Positions 27,149 through 38,012 of a DNA stretch of 64,000 nucleotides are shown one piece after another. The stretch lies in the IMG/VR virus record IMGVR_UViG_3300037461_000547, positions 1 to 64,000 of that record. One strand, 5' to 3'. A model generated the notes under the pieces. It saw only the letters and a program-made list of their open reading frames with translations. It had not been told where the DNA came from and searched no databases. Numbering within the stretch: position 1 is the stretch's first letter; each line of letters opens with the position of its first letter. This DNA is from a virus (taxonomy: Duplodnaviria > Caudoviricetes). The translations under genes and the position numbers were made by a program.

Positions 27149-27555
27149 TGTTTTATTTCTTTTCAAGGTCAAGAGGTGGGTTTCTCACCCACAGTACACT
27201 GAGTGCTCCGTTGCACATAACGGACTTGCGACTATACAGATGTGCCTGTACCCTGCGTACGCAGACTCTTGATGCGTTAAGGTTACGTTACTCAAACAAT
27301 GTTACGAAAGTATCGGTGAATTGTTCGACACCATAGTCTGATAGCACATCATAGACATCTTCCCCGTCATTGACACGCACTCTCATGTCGTCAATAACTT
27401 CGACGGCTTCCTCACGTTCGATACCTTCTGACTCCATTACCGCTGCGATTAATTCTTCCATACTGTGTCCTTTCTTCTTGTGATTAATAAAATCAAAACA
27501 ATTATCAACGTAATAATTGTCGGTTTAATCATTGTACACTCTTTCTTATTAAAAG

Positions 27556-27636
27556 TGCCAGTACCATGGGGGATTCGAACCCGCATTCCTGATACTATTT
27601 ATCAGATCCTACCAATTAGATGAATGTGTACTGGCA
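27556..27636 (-). tRNA. Degenerate tRNA / tRNA-like element, 5 nt anticodon loop
   Basis: D arm ATCT-AATTGGTA-GGAT, stem TGATA/TATCA with loop AATAG, T arm GCGGG-TTCGAAT-CCCCC, extended acceptor TGCCAGTAC/GTACTGGCA; no CCA. Confidence 0.6.
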
Positions 27637-27712
27637 ATATTCACAGGTGAGTGAGTCGACACCGAGCCGACTCACTCTATTGAAGGGAGACCTAAATAGA
27701 AAGGGAGAAGAC

Positions 27713-28987
27713 CTACAGGAATATTCCATGTTGATTTTCAAGAAGCGTAAGGATTTGACCAATCAAATAGTTCTGCATCTCACGTGTATTGTCACCTGCA
27801 CAAGATTCCAAATGTGCGATTTCCTCTAAGATAGTTTCAGCGAGTCGACGCAACCCTAAATCAAATAGGCGTGTGGACAATATTATTTTTCCGTTGTGTG
27901 CACGTCCATATATCTTAGAGTCTGTGAACCGTGCTATGAGAATTTCATACTTTATTTCTATCCCCACTTCTTTGAAAAATTCTAAAACTTTATTTAGTTT
28001 GAAGATTTCCCGTTTCGTGGGTGTTGACACTAAATACTCGTGTCTAACATCTACAGATTGGACAACAGATTTAAGATCTGGAAACTCACTTATCAAGACA
28101 CTGAGTAAAGATGTTGGTAACTGTATTGCATTAGATGCTGTGACATCATCGGGATACCAACCAGCATATTCCAGAGGTATTAAGAGTTTGTCCTTGAAAA
28201 ATTCAAACCAATCATCGTTAAACATACCTGGACAAGAGTCGTGCCACCGTAATCTATGTTCAAATCGTTCTTCCTTTAATGTAGTACAGTAAAGACTTAA
28301 CATTTGTTTTGTTGCCATTGACGCCCACATCTTACATATACGTTCCTGAATATCACAAGACCAAGAAATTATGCGACACTCATTTACATGGATATTGTGA
28401 AAATCATAATCGAACAATGATGTATATTGTTCGTCATAAGCACGTACCCCTTTACGATAAAGAGTCATGTGTTGACCGGCACGGTTATAAATTTTTCCAA
28501 CTTCATTCCCTGCAAGAGGGATTCTTTTCATCGCAAAGTAACTTGTCCAATCTGTCGCGATAGCTTCGAGCTGTTCACCCACACATTTTATATGAAAGAC
28601 TGTGGTGTTTTCTTTGGGTTGTGGGTCATCTTGTAAACTGTGTTCATATTCGCCTTCATCAATCGCGTTACAGAATATTTCACGTATCGCGTGCCACAAT
28701 TTCCAATCTGGTCCCATATCAGTTGTTAGGGAAGTTTTTTGGCCGTTAATGTAAATAACATTAAATTCTTTACCTCTAAAAATTGTTGGTCGGGCATCAA
28801 TGTAGATTTCTTGCAATCCTGAAAACACCTGAAACGGAATATTGTCCCGCAGGAGTACAGCTATTGCATATTTTAATCCCGAACCAAAGTAACCTATTGA
28901 ATTTGTCCCACGTTTTGTGCATGCACCAAGCAATTGAAAAGCGTCTGGTTCAATCAGTGTGTTGTTTTGTATCACTAATGTTTTCAT
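27713..28987 (-). CDS. GHKL (HSP90/histidine-kinase-like) ATPase domain protein
   Basis: LLGACTKR...IGYFGSGLKYAIAVLLR and AIREIFCNAIDEG motifs; C-terminal EEIAH metalloprotease-like motif. Confidence 0.65.
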   Translation of the reverse strand: MKTLVIQNNTLIEPDAFQLLGACTKRGTNSIGYFGSGLKYAIAVLLRDNIPFQVFSGLQEIYIDARPTIFRGKEFNVIYINGQKTSLTTDMGPDWKLWHAIREIFCNAIDEGEYEHSLQDDPQPKENTTVFHIKCVGEQLEAIATDWTSYFAMKRIPLAGNEVGKIYNRAGQHMTLYRKGVRAYDEQYTSLFDYDFHNIHVNECRIISWSCDIQERICKMWASMATKQMLSLYCTTLKEERFEHRLRWHDSCPGMFNDDWFEFFKDKLLIPLEYAGWYPDDVTASNAIQLPTSLLSVLISEFPDLKSVVQSVDVRHEYLVSTPTKREIFKLNKVLEFFKEVGIEIKYEILIARFTDSKIYGRAHNGKIILSTRLFDLGLRRLAETILEEIAHLESCAGDNTREMQNYLIGQILTLLENQHGIFL

Positions 28988-29554
28988 TTTTGTTCCCTTC
29001 ACCATTTATCTTGTGTCTGTCTTCTTGTTCCATTTGTTTTCCACGTCCAAGCGCAAGTATCTTTTCCAAGAGTCTATCTTTATGTTTTTCTAAAGCCACT
29101 ATAATATCAGATATAACTTCTTTATTTTCTTCGGAGTTTGTTAATATTAAAACAATGTCTCCGCCGGTACGAATATCGAACCCTTTGCAAGGCAGATTTA
29201 CAGCATCCGTCACAGCATGCAACTGTTCTGTGAGTTCTAATATCCTATCAACATAATCATCTCCACAACTTCTTTTCATATTGCACCCCTTACATCCAAA
29301 TTTTGACACGTTTCAAACTTTTCAGCATCCCACGTATTGCCACACTGAATCTCGTTCCTTCGGAAATTATTTCCAGTGCTTTACTTAAGATTTCACGAAT
29401 CTCAGTGCCATTATACTCTGGGTCTGTGTCGTCTAATGTGAGTTCGTGCATTTCATGTGCTAATTTTTCAATGTCTTGTAATTTACTCATTGTTGTCCTT
29501 TCAAAAATGTGGTGGGGACAAGCCCCACCACATACACGGAGGGGAGGAGGTGAA

Positions 29555-30643
29555 TCAATATTCTTCATACTTTCGCCAATACCGTGCTTCAAGTGGTGTA
29601 CCATCATTACTCCGGCCTCGATATTGGAACGTTACAATACTGCCTAAAGGAAAATTCCGTGGAACATAACACGGATCAATATTTTCTTTTCCTTCCATTA
29701 CAATACCTGTTTCCCAAAATGGGTATGCCTTAAACTCATCATTTATTGGATTCCGACGCATTACAGCAGGTGAACCATCATACAATATTTCACGTTCATC
29801 GTCAGTGAATCCACTGATGAAAAGAATCGGGCCTGTACCTTTTTCACGTATCTTTAATCCACCTAATCTCCCTAAATGCCGAGAACCTTTATCCGTCGCT
29901 TTACCCCAAGAAAATCCAACAACCGTCCCTTCACTGTCGCTTAAGGGTTTGTGTTTCATTAAATTCCATGTACGTTCAGGCATCCATGGTGTACGTGGAT
30001 TCCGTAACATAATACCCTCAGCACCTACTGAAAGAACGTCTTCCAAGTATTCATTTAATGTAGTCTCTAATTTGGCAGTCATCATTGGGAGTTGGATTTG
30101 TTTAATCGCAAACACAGGTGGAGAGAAATTAGTGTCCTTAACACTTAAACCGATACCGTCAGCACCGTTTCTATCTTCCCACCATTTTATAGCCCAGTGT
30201 GGTATTGTTTTTCTTATATACAAATTATCAATGTGACGCGGTTCAAGAAAATGTGCAATTTTAGGGCTGTCAAATACACGGTAACTAACAGGTTTCCACT
30301 CCCCGTCAATGGGTTCATGTTTCTTAACAGCTGAAATAAGTTTTTGTCTGTCTTCTCTCTTAGTCCAGAGTTCACCGTCTAACGGGTATTTAGGTAGCGC
30401 TTCGAGAAACCAAACAGGTGCTGTGATAATTTTACCGTAACGTGTCCACAGTCCGGTTGCATATCTTACACTCTTGTCCTTCGCAGTATTTGCCCATGGG
30501 ACATGGATTGCTTGCAATCCTGTTGAGACACCACCATCCCAAAAACAACGAATACCATCCAACTTTTCAGACATTAGCCAACCGCCGATGAAGTGTTTCT
30601 TAGGATTATATTCTTGAGCAAGTTGTAAAAATTCTGGTTTCAT
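29555..30643 (-). CDS. ATP-dependent DNA ligase
   Basis: SEKLDGIR adenylation motif, EGIMLR, LMKHKP, C-terminal OB-fold. Confidence 0.85.
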   Translation of the reverse strand: MKPEFLQLAQEYNPKKHFIGGWLMSEKLDGIRCFWDGGVSTGLQAIHVPWANTAKDKSVRYATGLWTRYGKIITAPVWFLEALPKYPLDGELWTKREDRQKLISAVKKHEPIDGEWKPVSYRVFDSPKIAHFLEPRHIDNLYIRKTIPHWAIKWWEDRNGADGIGLSVKDTNFSPPVFAIKQIQLPMMTAKLETTLNEYLEDVLSVGAEGIMLRNPRTPWMPERTWNLMKHKPLSDSEGTVVGFSWGKATDKGSRHLGRLGGLKIREKGTGPILFISGFTDDEREILYDGSPAVMRRNPINDEFKAYPFWETGIVMEGKENIDPCYVPRNFPLGSIVTFQYRGRSNDGTPLEARYWRKYEEY

Positions 30644-30667
30644 TTTCTGTTTCCTTAAAACATGTTG

Positions 30668-31039
30668 TTATCCCTTTTTCAAAAGTCCTTTGAATTTTTC
30701 AAGCGTATGGCACATTTTCATTATGCTCGGTAACGCCAACTCAACTAACTCAATATCATATTGAGTTAAAATGGTGTCACTGATTGGGATTTGTTTAATC
30801 GGCTCAGTAGTAGCAGGGGTCAGTGTTGCTTCTACTTTCTCAATGTCGATGTTGTGAATCGCGGTGGTCGGAAGAAGGACAGAGATATAATGTCCTTTGT
30901 TTTCTTCCTTTGGGATTTTGTGTGCCTTACGTAAATGCAATCCCATGTGTTGTAATCTGTCTGTTCTAAAATCACAATGCTTACAATTGAAATTGCCTCT
31001 CTTGTGTTCATATTTCTTAGTCATATTTTCTCCTTTCAT
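30668..31039 (-). CDS. C2H2 zinc-finger protein
   Basis: CKHCDFRTDRLQHMGLHLRKAH fits C-x2-C-x12-H-x4-H. Confidence 0.65.
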   Translation of the reverse strand: MKGENMTKKYEHKRGNFNCKHCDFRTDRLQHMGLHLRKAHKIPKEENKGHYISVLLPTTAIHNIDIEKVEATLTPATTEPIKQIPISDTILTQYDIELVELALPSIMKMCHTLEKFKGLLKKG

Positions 31040-31063
31040 ATTAACACATCAAGCAATTTTACA

Positions 31064-31285
31064 TTAAGGAACTTTATCTACAAGTTTATTTATTGCTTCA
31101 TACAAAATAGTGTTATCACTTTTCTGACGTTCAAGCAAGACAGACCCGTCTTTTTCCATGATAAACGCATCAATTTCTTGGTTTCCCCAACGTGTATATT
31201 GTAACACAGTCCCATCGGGTTTTGTCACAACGATACGTGCGCAACCACAGAGAAAAACTAACATTAAGACAATTGTTAAACGCAT
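31064..31285 (-). CDS. Small lipoprotein
   Basis: MRLTIVLMLVFLCGC lipobox. Confidence 0.65.
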   Translation of the reverse strand: MRLTIVLMLVFLCGCARIVVTKPDGTVLQYTRWGNQEIDAFIMEKDGSVLLERQKSDNTILYEAINKLVDKVP

Positions 31286-31298
31286 ACTTTCTCCTTTA

Positions 31299-31940
31299 TC
31301 AATACCGTAATCTTACAAGACTGTTATCGACAGCTCTACGCAGTTCAAATCCACAACACAACATATTCAGACATTGTAACACTGGACTGGGCACATCACG
31401 CCAAGTATTCAGGAATTTGTTGATGTAGCAAATCACACGCTCATCAGCCCCTGTCGGGTCGCCGGCCAAACAAACTACACGATGTTGAACCTCAGAGCAA
31501 ATATTCTTTCTACTGTTGTGGAAACGTTTGTTACAGAGAAAAGATAAAATACACAGGAAATCGTACCCATCATTGTTTGCAACTTCCATTCGTAACCATG
31601 ATAGTATTGCTGTGTATCCTGAATTACTTACAGGGAACTCAATGTATAACCATCTCCGTGGGTCATCAACGACTTCCGAATATGGACGGACGCATGTACC
31701 TGTGCCTTTTTTGAAAAGATTGCGTAACAATCCATGTCGACGCATTTCGCCCATCGTGGATGTATACATGTCATCCCCAAGACGCACCTCACCGTGCGAT
31801 AACAACGGAAACCACTCTGGATTGATACAACACTCAATCATACGTTGTTTATTCGCTGCGTGGGTACTCCGTCCAATAATGTCATCCATTATATGGCCGT
31901 CAAATTGTGTCATAAAATAATACAATCGTACAGTTTTCAT
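31299..31940 (-). CDS. Permuted papain-like amidase (YaeF/YiiX-like)
   Basis: Permuted order SHGEV (His) ... GYDF ... ICSEV (Cys). Confidence 0.55.
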   Translation of the reverse strand: MKTVRLYYFMTQFDGHIMDDIIGRSTHAANKQRMIECCINPEWFPLLSHGEVRLGDDMYTSTMGEMRRHGLLRNLFKKGTGTCVRPYSEVVDDPRRWLYIEFPVSNSGYTAILSWLRMEVANNDGYDFLCILSFLCNKRFHNSRKNICSEVQHRVVCLAGDPTGADERVICYINKFLNTWRDVPSPVLQCLNMLCCGFELRRAVDNSLVRLRY

Positions 31941-32524
31941 TTATTCTCCTGCGTCGGTAAAAGTTCTGGTCTGTCACATTGTGATAAAACATCATTGATA
32001 AATATCTGCCAATGCGGGAGTTTGTGATCACGACGTTGAAGTATGATGTTACGCATCGTCTTATAACTCATACACCATAACCGTGATTGTAGGAATCCTT
32101 CTGGCAAAATAGATTTTAATTTTAACAGATTCCCATCCTCTTTAGCTAACTCCCACATCTGTATTATTTGGGCAGATTGTAATAACTCAGCACACTCAAA
32201 AGATTCACTTGCCCAAGCGACCATCTCATCCAAGTCATGGCAATCTCTAAGTTGTTTTACAAGTGTGTGCATCGTGCTCTCACTCTGTTTGGTAGACAGA
32301 CGAAAGGTATCGGCTTCCTGCCACCAATATCGCGGTGCTTTAACCATGATCCACATAAAAATGGATTCAAGAAATTTATTGTGCCCGCCGTCCTTGAAAG
32401 CAAGTGTTTTTGCGACCTCCTCTGCACGTTCAAAACTATCTAAGTTGTACGAGAGTGCGAGTCCAGTTATCGCTTGTTCATATCCAACGTCTTGTAACAC
32501 TATTGTTGTTATTTTTGGTCTCAT
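31937..32524 (-). CDS. ThyX-like flavin-dependent thymidylate synthase (short phage type)
   Basis: GHNKFLESI...APRYWWQEADTFR...SESTMHTL and LPEGFLQSR...YKTMRNI...QRRDHKL. Confidence 0.6.
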   Translation of the reverse strand: MRPKITTIVLQDVGYEQAITGLALSYNLDSFERAEEVAKTLAFKDGGHNKFLESIFMWIMVKAPRYWWQEADTFRLSTKQSESTMHTLVKQLRDCHDLDEMVAWASESFECAELLQSAQIIQMWELAKEDGNLLKLKSILPEGFLQSRLWCMSYKTMRNIILQRRDHKLPHWQIFINDVLSQCDRPELLPTQENK

Positions 32525-32628
32525 ATTTTGTCTCCTAAGTGTTTTATTGTTGCCAATCACCAACACCAAAAATCGCGGGCAACCAATCCTGTCCGTCCCA
32601 CACCATGATAATGTCACCATGCTTTGAA

Positions 32629-32928
32629 TCACCTAATTTTACTGCCACTTTCAATCTCCCTTAACGAATATTCATTTGCACGTTTCTCTGAATCCCGATT
32701 CTGCCAATCCATCCAAGCGTCGAGAGTTTCCTTGCCTATGATCCCATCGACTTTAATGTTGTAACCTGCTTTACGTAGTAACTGTTGGACTTCATAAGTG
32801 TACAGTAATTGTTTTTGTGGTTCTGGCTTTGGAGGTCGCATTAAAGTAAGAGTAAGGGTTACAACGGAACAAATGATAACTATTGCGCAGAATATTCTTA
32901 TAAGTTTTAGACATTTTTCAATTTCCAT
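32629..32928 (-). CDS. Membrane-anchored peptidoglycan-binding domain protein
   Basis: N-terminal TM helix; VQQLLRKAGYNIKVDGIIGKET PG-binding-1 motif. Confidence 0.7.
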   Translation of the reverse strand: MEIEKCLKLIRIFCAIVIICSVVTLTLTLMRPPKPEPQKQLLYTYEVQQLLRKAGYNIKVDGIIGKETLDAWMDWQNRDSEKRANEYSLREIESGSKIR

Positions 32929-33289
32929 ATTTCACCTATTCGTATGGTGTTAGATTTTTTCCTTGTTCTATTGCATCAGTAATTATCGCTGAACAATACG
33001 CTCTGTTTTCAAGTTTCTTAAACAGTCGCTTACGTTCTCGTAAAGATTCTCCAGGTCTTTTATGTAAGTCTTTGAGTTGATTTAAAATATCTTCTTGAGT
33101 TTGCTTCGTGTCCATTGTATTATCCTTTCCAGTTTAGAGTGTTTAATTTCCCAAGAACCGCTGCCCAAATGCGCACAATCGTTTAACAGACAAAACAATA
33201 TCTGACCCTCATCGCACACAACTGCAAATCGATCGTGCCACATGCTTTCAATTTTGTACCATTTCCCTTTTGTAAGGTAGTAAGGTACA

Positions 33290-34738
33290 TTACCTGTCTT
33301 TACCCTTGCTTTCGACATAATACAGCTCCTTTTTCGCTCTTGTAATTGCGACATAGTGTAAATTATTTTCCTGAATTTTTTGCCACGGTTCGGTACATTT
33401 TGGATGTGGAAGAAGTTCTGGTTTCATAATGAAAACTCTATCGGCTTCCAATCCTTTACTTTTGTGTATTGTGCTGAATGTTACACCTTCACCTTTAGAA
33501 GAAAAGATTTTGTCAATCCGTTTCCTAACGTCCGAGACGGTCTCACAATCTGCACAAAGTGCGTACAGTGTGTCCCGCGTATCTTGGATTTTTATTGTCA
33601 GGGCTTCATGGCCGACACATCGCTTCATCTTCTTTGTGAGCCAACTTTCAAGGGACTCAAAATACGCTTCAATATTTGCTGAGTCTTTAAGATTCAGCTC
33701 ATCGATAGTTGAAAGTAGATTCTCAGCAATATCACGACCAAGAATAACTGCCTTCTGTCCGTTGCGTAACATATACATACACTCCTCTACAAGGGGCGCT
33801 GTAGTCCGGCATAGAACATAATCCCCTTCACGGGCATCCAGCTTCTTGACACGTGTGACACATCCTTCTTCCGCGTTTTCCCACCACTCGATATAGGGTA
33901 CAATTTTCTTTGCTTCTTTTACGATAGATTTACTGCATCGGTAACAAATGCTCAGCGGTAATACTTTTGCCTTTAGTGTGCTGTGAAGCCCTTCAATGGC
34001 CTCAGTGTCTGCACCCCGAAACCCATATATCGCTTGAAACGTATCACCTACAGCTATTATACGCCCATTCTCTTTAATCAGCTGTAAGATAAAAGAAATT
34101 TGTAATGGTGAGAGGTCTTGCGATTCGTCCACAAAGACATACTCAAACTTTGGAAAGTCCCAACCATACATCAAAGGAAACCAAATCATATCATCATAGT
34201 CAGCGACACGTGTGTATTCAAAACTACGGACATAAACACGACGCAACAAATCAACGTTCCAATTGTCAGGCAATTCAATTCCATGTCTATCTACGAGTGG
34301 CTGAATGTCAAACGTACATAGTGGCGGGTACTCTGCGCTCTTCATAAGACTGACAAGTTTCTTTATCGGGCTAATGTGGCTCTTAAAAATTTTCACGTCA
34401 TCCGGATTATCAAAATCAAGTATCTCATATTTGAGAATATTCTTAATTTTATTGTCATTAACTTTGATATATCCCCGAATATTGTCCCGACATAATTCCC
34501 ATCCGACACTATGTAATGTACGTGCTTCCACATGTACAGGTAATCTACGTGCCAATTCCTCTGCGATGTGTTTGTTGAACGCAACAAAAATACAGCGTTT
34601 ATCCCAGGGGACACGATTGGCAGCTTCAACAATAGTGGTAGTTTTTCCGCTACCGGCGACAGCTTCAACGATACAATGTCCAACGCCATGATTTATGAAA
34701 TCGAAAATGTCCTCTTGATATTTACTGTATTTAGTCAT
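33290..34738 (-). CDS. UvrD/Rep-like SF1 helicase
   Basis: AVAGSGKTT, VDESQD, VGDTFQAIYGFRGA, STIHKSKGLE, YVAITRAK. Confidence 0.9.
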   Translation of the reverse strand: MTKYSKYQEDIFDFINHGVGHCIVEAVAGSGKTTTIVEAANRVPWDKRCIFVAFNKHIAEELARRLPVHVEARTLHSVGWELCRDNIRGYIKVNDNKIKNILKYEILDFDNPDDVKIFKSHISPIKKLVSLMKSAEYPPLCTFDIQPLVDRHGIELPDNWNVDLLRRVYVRSFEYTRVADYDDMIWFPLMYGWDFPKFEYVFVDESQDLSPLQISFILQLIKENGRIIAVGDTFQAIYGFRGADTEAIEGLHSTLKAKVLPLSICYRCSKSIVKEAKKIVPYIEWWENAEEGCVTRVKKLDAREGDYVLCRTTAPLVEECMYMLRNGQKAVILGRDIAENLLSTIDELNLKDSANIEAYFESLESWLTKKMKRCVGHEALTIKIQDTRDTLYALCADCETVSDVRKRIDKIFSSKGEGVTFSTIHKSKGLEADRVFIMKPELLPHPKCTEPWQKIQENNLHYVAITRAKKELYYVESKGKDR

Positions 34739-35835
34739 GTCCTGTGTCTCCTACAATGTAATAGTAAATATATTTTTTGTTTCGTATTTCCGCCCAACGC
34801 AAATCTTGTTTCAGGTGTCCGACAACAAGTGTGTTGTCCCCAACTTTTTCTATCAGTTGTCTGAGTTCATTGAGCGTTAATCGATACCCTAATTCCTCAT
34901 AATAATGGCCAAAACTTTCGAGAACGTCTATTACATCATCGTCTAAAATAATGTTAAACGATGGACGCGTCTCAAAGTCAAAGCTGTTTACACGATGTGC
35001 TGATATTGACATAATAGTTCTCCTTAACTTATATGTACCAAAATAACTTTTGAAGAAGCATCGTTGGCTGTTATGTTGTAACGGTCTCTGATTTTTGGTT
35101 TCAAATCGAGTGTATTTAGATGGATAACATCCAATGTTATCCAACTAATTCCACATAAATTGACAGGTTTTTTGATGCTCTGAATCAAAGCCATTAACTC
35201 AACAGCGTCTGATGTGTACACGCAATCCTGTAAAACTTTTCTGAGTCCGTACGGTGTGATTGTCCAGCCTACACGCGTATCGTGTTTAAGTTCATCATCG
35301 GGTGTACTGTAGAGTATATTAAGTTGTGCTACAATATCTTCGCTAAGATAAAAATAGCTGTCTGAATCGTCGTGGAAAATTTCTAATGCACGCATACTAT
35401 TCTCCTTACCGGTTTTGTTAAACAATCAACCAATGCCTTAATATACTCTTGTGTAAACAGTTCATCTTGTTGAACACATATCCTACCCTTATAAATAGGA
35501 AATGTTATTACACCGTCCTCAAGATGCCAAAACCCAATAACATATTCAGGGTCATCTTTGCTAATTATAGCTATATCGGGATCACCCAATTTTTTACGGA
35601 GTTCATCTGATTGTTTCAATCGGCTTGAACAACTTTTCAAAAGATACTCTGTCCATTCTTCTAAGCTCATAATTTGTTCCCTTCAATTTTGAATTTTGTT
35701 TTAGCTTCTTCTACAAAAGAAACAGGATAACAAGACATGTCCATATCCAAAGTCAATTCTAACATGATGTGACGAATTGGTGCGGCTATATTTAGACCTT
35801 CGTCAGTCCATGTTAACGCGCCGTCATGAAACATT

Positions 35836-36435
35836 TTACGTAACCCCAACTCGATCAATCTTTGTTCTGTGTACATTGTCTTCCTTTCCGGACGCATGTC
35901 CTTCACAAAGGGTATTAAGCTCTGTTTTAATGTATTCACAAATATCTAAGTCTGTGAGAAAATGTTTCGCATTCCAGATTCGTGGAATCAGGATTCCTTT
36001 TCCACCTTGTGTTATCCAGCGTGCAACATTTGAGTCATTGTCGTCGATTAAAATAGCTTCTGGATGTGCACACATTTCTTTTACGGGTGTGACAATGAGT
36101 TTCCTATATAGTTCAGGTATCTCACGTTTAACCCACGCAATCTTACCACCCACGCACTCAGGATGTAGTGTGGGTGTTGTGATTAATGCAATCGGTAATC
36201 CAACGTCAGTGACAGTTTCAAGAATATCTTTTCCATCAGGTGTCCATGGTAGTGATTCCCAGAATCCATAATTAAGTGGACTCCAGAAACTATTTTCCGA
36301 CATCCTTAAGTAATTTACAAAATTCCACACGCCCGCCGGATACGGCCACGGATCATATGGCAACCCGTGAAACTGATGACTACCGCGTACAAAGTCAACT
36401 AACACACCGTCCATATCCAAAAAGATTTTATACAT
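35836..36435 (-). CDS. HAD-family 5'(3')-deoxyribonucleotidase-like protein
   Basis: IFLDMDGVLVDF motif I, GKIAW, ILIDDN. Confidence 0.75.
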   Translation of the reverse strand: MYKIFLDMDGVLVDFVRGSHQFHGLPYDPWPYPAGVWNFVNYLRMSENSFWSPLNYGFWESLPWTPDGKDILETVTDVGLPIALITTPTLHPECVGGKIAWVKREIPELYRKLIVTPVKEMCAHPEAILIDDNDSNVARWITQGGKGILIPRIWNAKHFLTDLDICEYIKTELNTLCEGHASGKEDNVHRTKIDRVGVT

Positions 36436-36708
36436 CACGTACTCCTTAATAAAAGTAGACACGCCCCGCCACGCACGGGGCGTGTAGCAAAGAAACAGCA
36501 CATTTCAAGCATACGGGCAATGACTCGCAAGATTCGCCAAATCGTAAAAATGTTTTGGGTCAAACTTAGGATTTTGTGTGAACTCTCTGGCGATAAGACC
36601 CAAGAATCTTGCTTTGATTGTCTTTGCCAACCCTGGCTCACCAACATACATCTCTAACTCCAATTTCCCAATGTTAACAGCGATTTGATAAATCTCATTT
36701 AACACATT

Positions 36709-37317
36709 TCACCCTTTCAAAGAATTATCGTTCAAATACTCTGACATTTTTCCCCGTAAACTTTGACGAAGATTTGATACAGTTGCAGATGAAACATTTA
36801 ATATTTGAACAACATCTTCCTGTGAATAACCTTCAAGAAGATACCACAGGAGAAGCCGTTCTCTTTTAGTGAGGGACATAGCTTCAATGATTTCTGAAAT
36901 CATATAAGGACAATCAACTTTTGCAGGAAGTGTCTCAAACAAAATATCGCGGGACACTGTTACAGACTGTCCAGTAGAATATCCATATCGTGTTATTTTG
37001 ATTGGTTGATTTTCAGAAATAAATTGTATAAGCTCTCTTTTTATCCGTGTCGCCAAGATTGCCTTAATCGGCAATTCCCACTTATCAGGTTGTGTAATAA
37101 GTTCATTGACACACATGCAAAGAGCCAATAATCCCACACCCTCCAAACTACTAAAATCATTTGGTAACAAATGCATGTAATTATGCACAACAGCTTTGGT
37201 GAAAGGCAAGTGTGCAAGTATAATTTTATTCCTTGCGGTCTGATCACCGTTCTTTGCAGACAGCAAACAACTTTGAATTTCGATTTGCGACATCGCTGAC
37301 ATCCCAAGGCTCCTCAA
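36709..37317 (-). CDS. Sigma-70 family RNA polymerase sigma factor
   Basis: AKNGDQTARNKIILAHLPF region 2; LTKRERLLL...GYSQEDVVQILNVSSATVS region 4 HTH. Confidence 0.7.
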   Translation of the reverse strand: MRSLGMSAMSQIEIQSCLLSAKNGDQTARNKIILAHLPFTKAVVHNYMHLLPNDFSSLEGVGLLALCMCVNELITQPDKWELPIKAILATRIKRELIQFISENQPIKITRYGYSTGQSVTVSRDILFETLPAKVDCPYMISEIIEAMSLTKRERLLLWYLLEGYSQEDVVQILNVSSATVSNLRQSLRGKMSEYLNDNSLKG

Positions 37318-37394
37318 ACAATCGACGTATTACTCATTATTTATTATGATGCAACAAATCTGTATTATACATCCATATGCACCCCCTTTTCTAT

Positions 37395-37625
37395 GGATTC
37401 ACTGAATCCATTTCGCGTCTTTGATTCGATTTGCAGTAAATTATACCTAACTACAGCATATCACAGTAGTTATGGAAAGTCAAGAGAAAAAACAGAAAAA
37501 AAACACTGATTTGAAAATATATTTTATTGATTCGATTTGCAAGTGGGCGGACGATTAGATTGGAACGCGCCCGCGAGGAAATCTAATCAGTAATTTTAGT
37601 GATAATGTAGTATGATTCGATTTGC
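37395..37625. promoter_or_regulatory. Operator-like motifs upstream of the sigma gene
   Basis: Palindrome GGATTCACTGAATCC at 37395-37409; TGATTCGATTTGC at 37422, 37528, 37613. Confidence 0.6.
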
Positions 37626-38012
37626 CCTTCTATGTTTCCGATTGGATAAATCATACCCTTAGGGTCATATATTTTCTTACTGTCCCATGCAACAGCGTGT
37701 GTCTTTAATTTTATTACACCCTGTGTTTTTGTGAGGTAATTCAATAACCGTTGTTTTGCAACTGCGATTGAATAAATCAGATGTGTCTTATTGTCACCAT
37801 ACTGTCCTAACATAGGTAAGGATTGTATTTCTGTTACACAATACCCTAAACAACAAACAGCGTCAATAAGTTCTTGGATATGAAAGCCACGTCTACACTG
37901 TGGTTCGGGTAGACGTGGCCAGAGGATGTGGTTAGGGTCACTACCCACAAGATGAAAAAGGTGTGTTTGGTTTGTGTCACACGCCATCGCGAATGAAGTT
38001 AATAAACATGTA

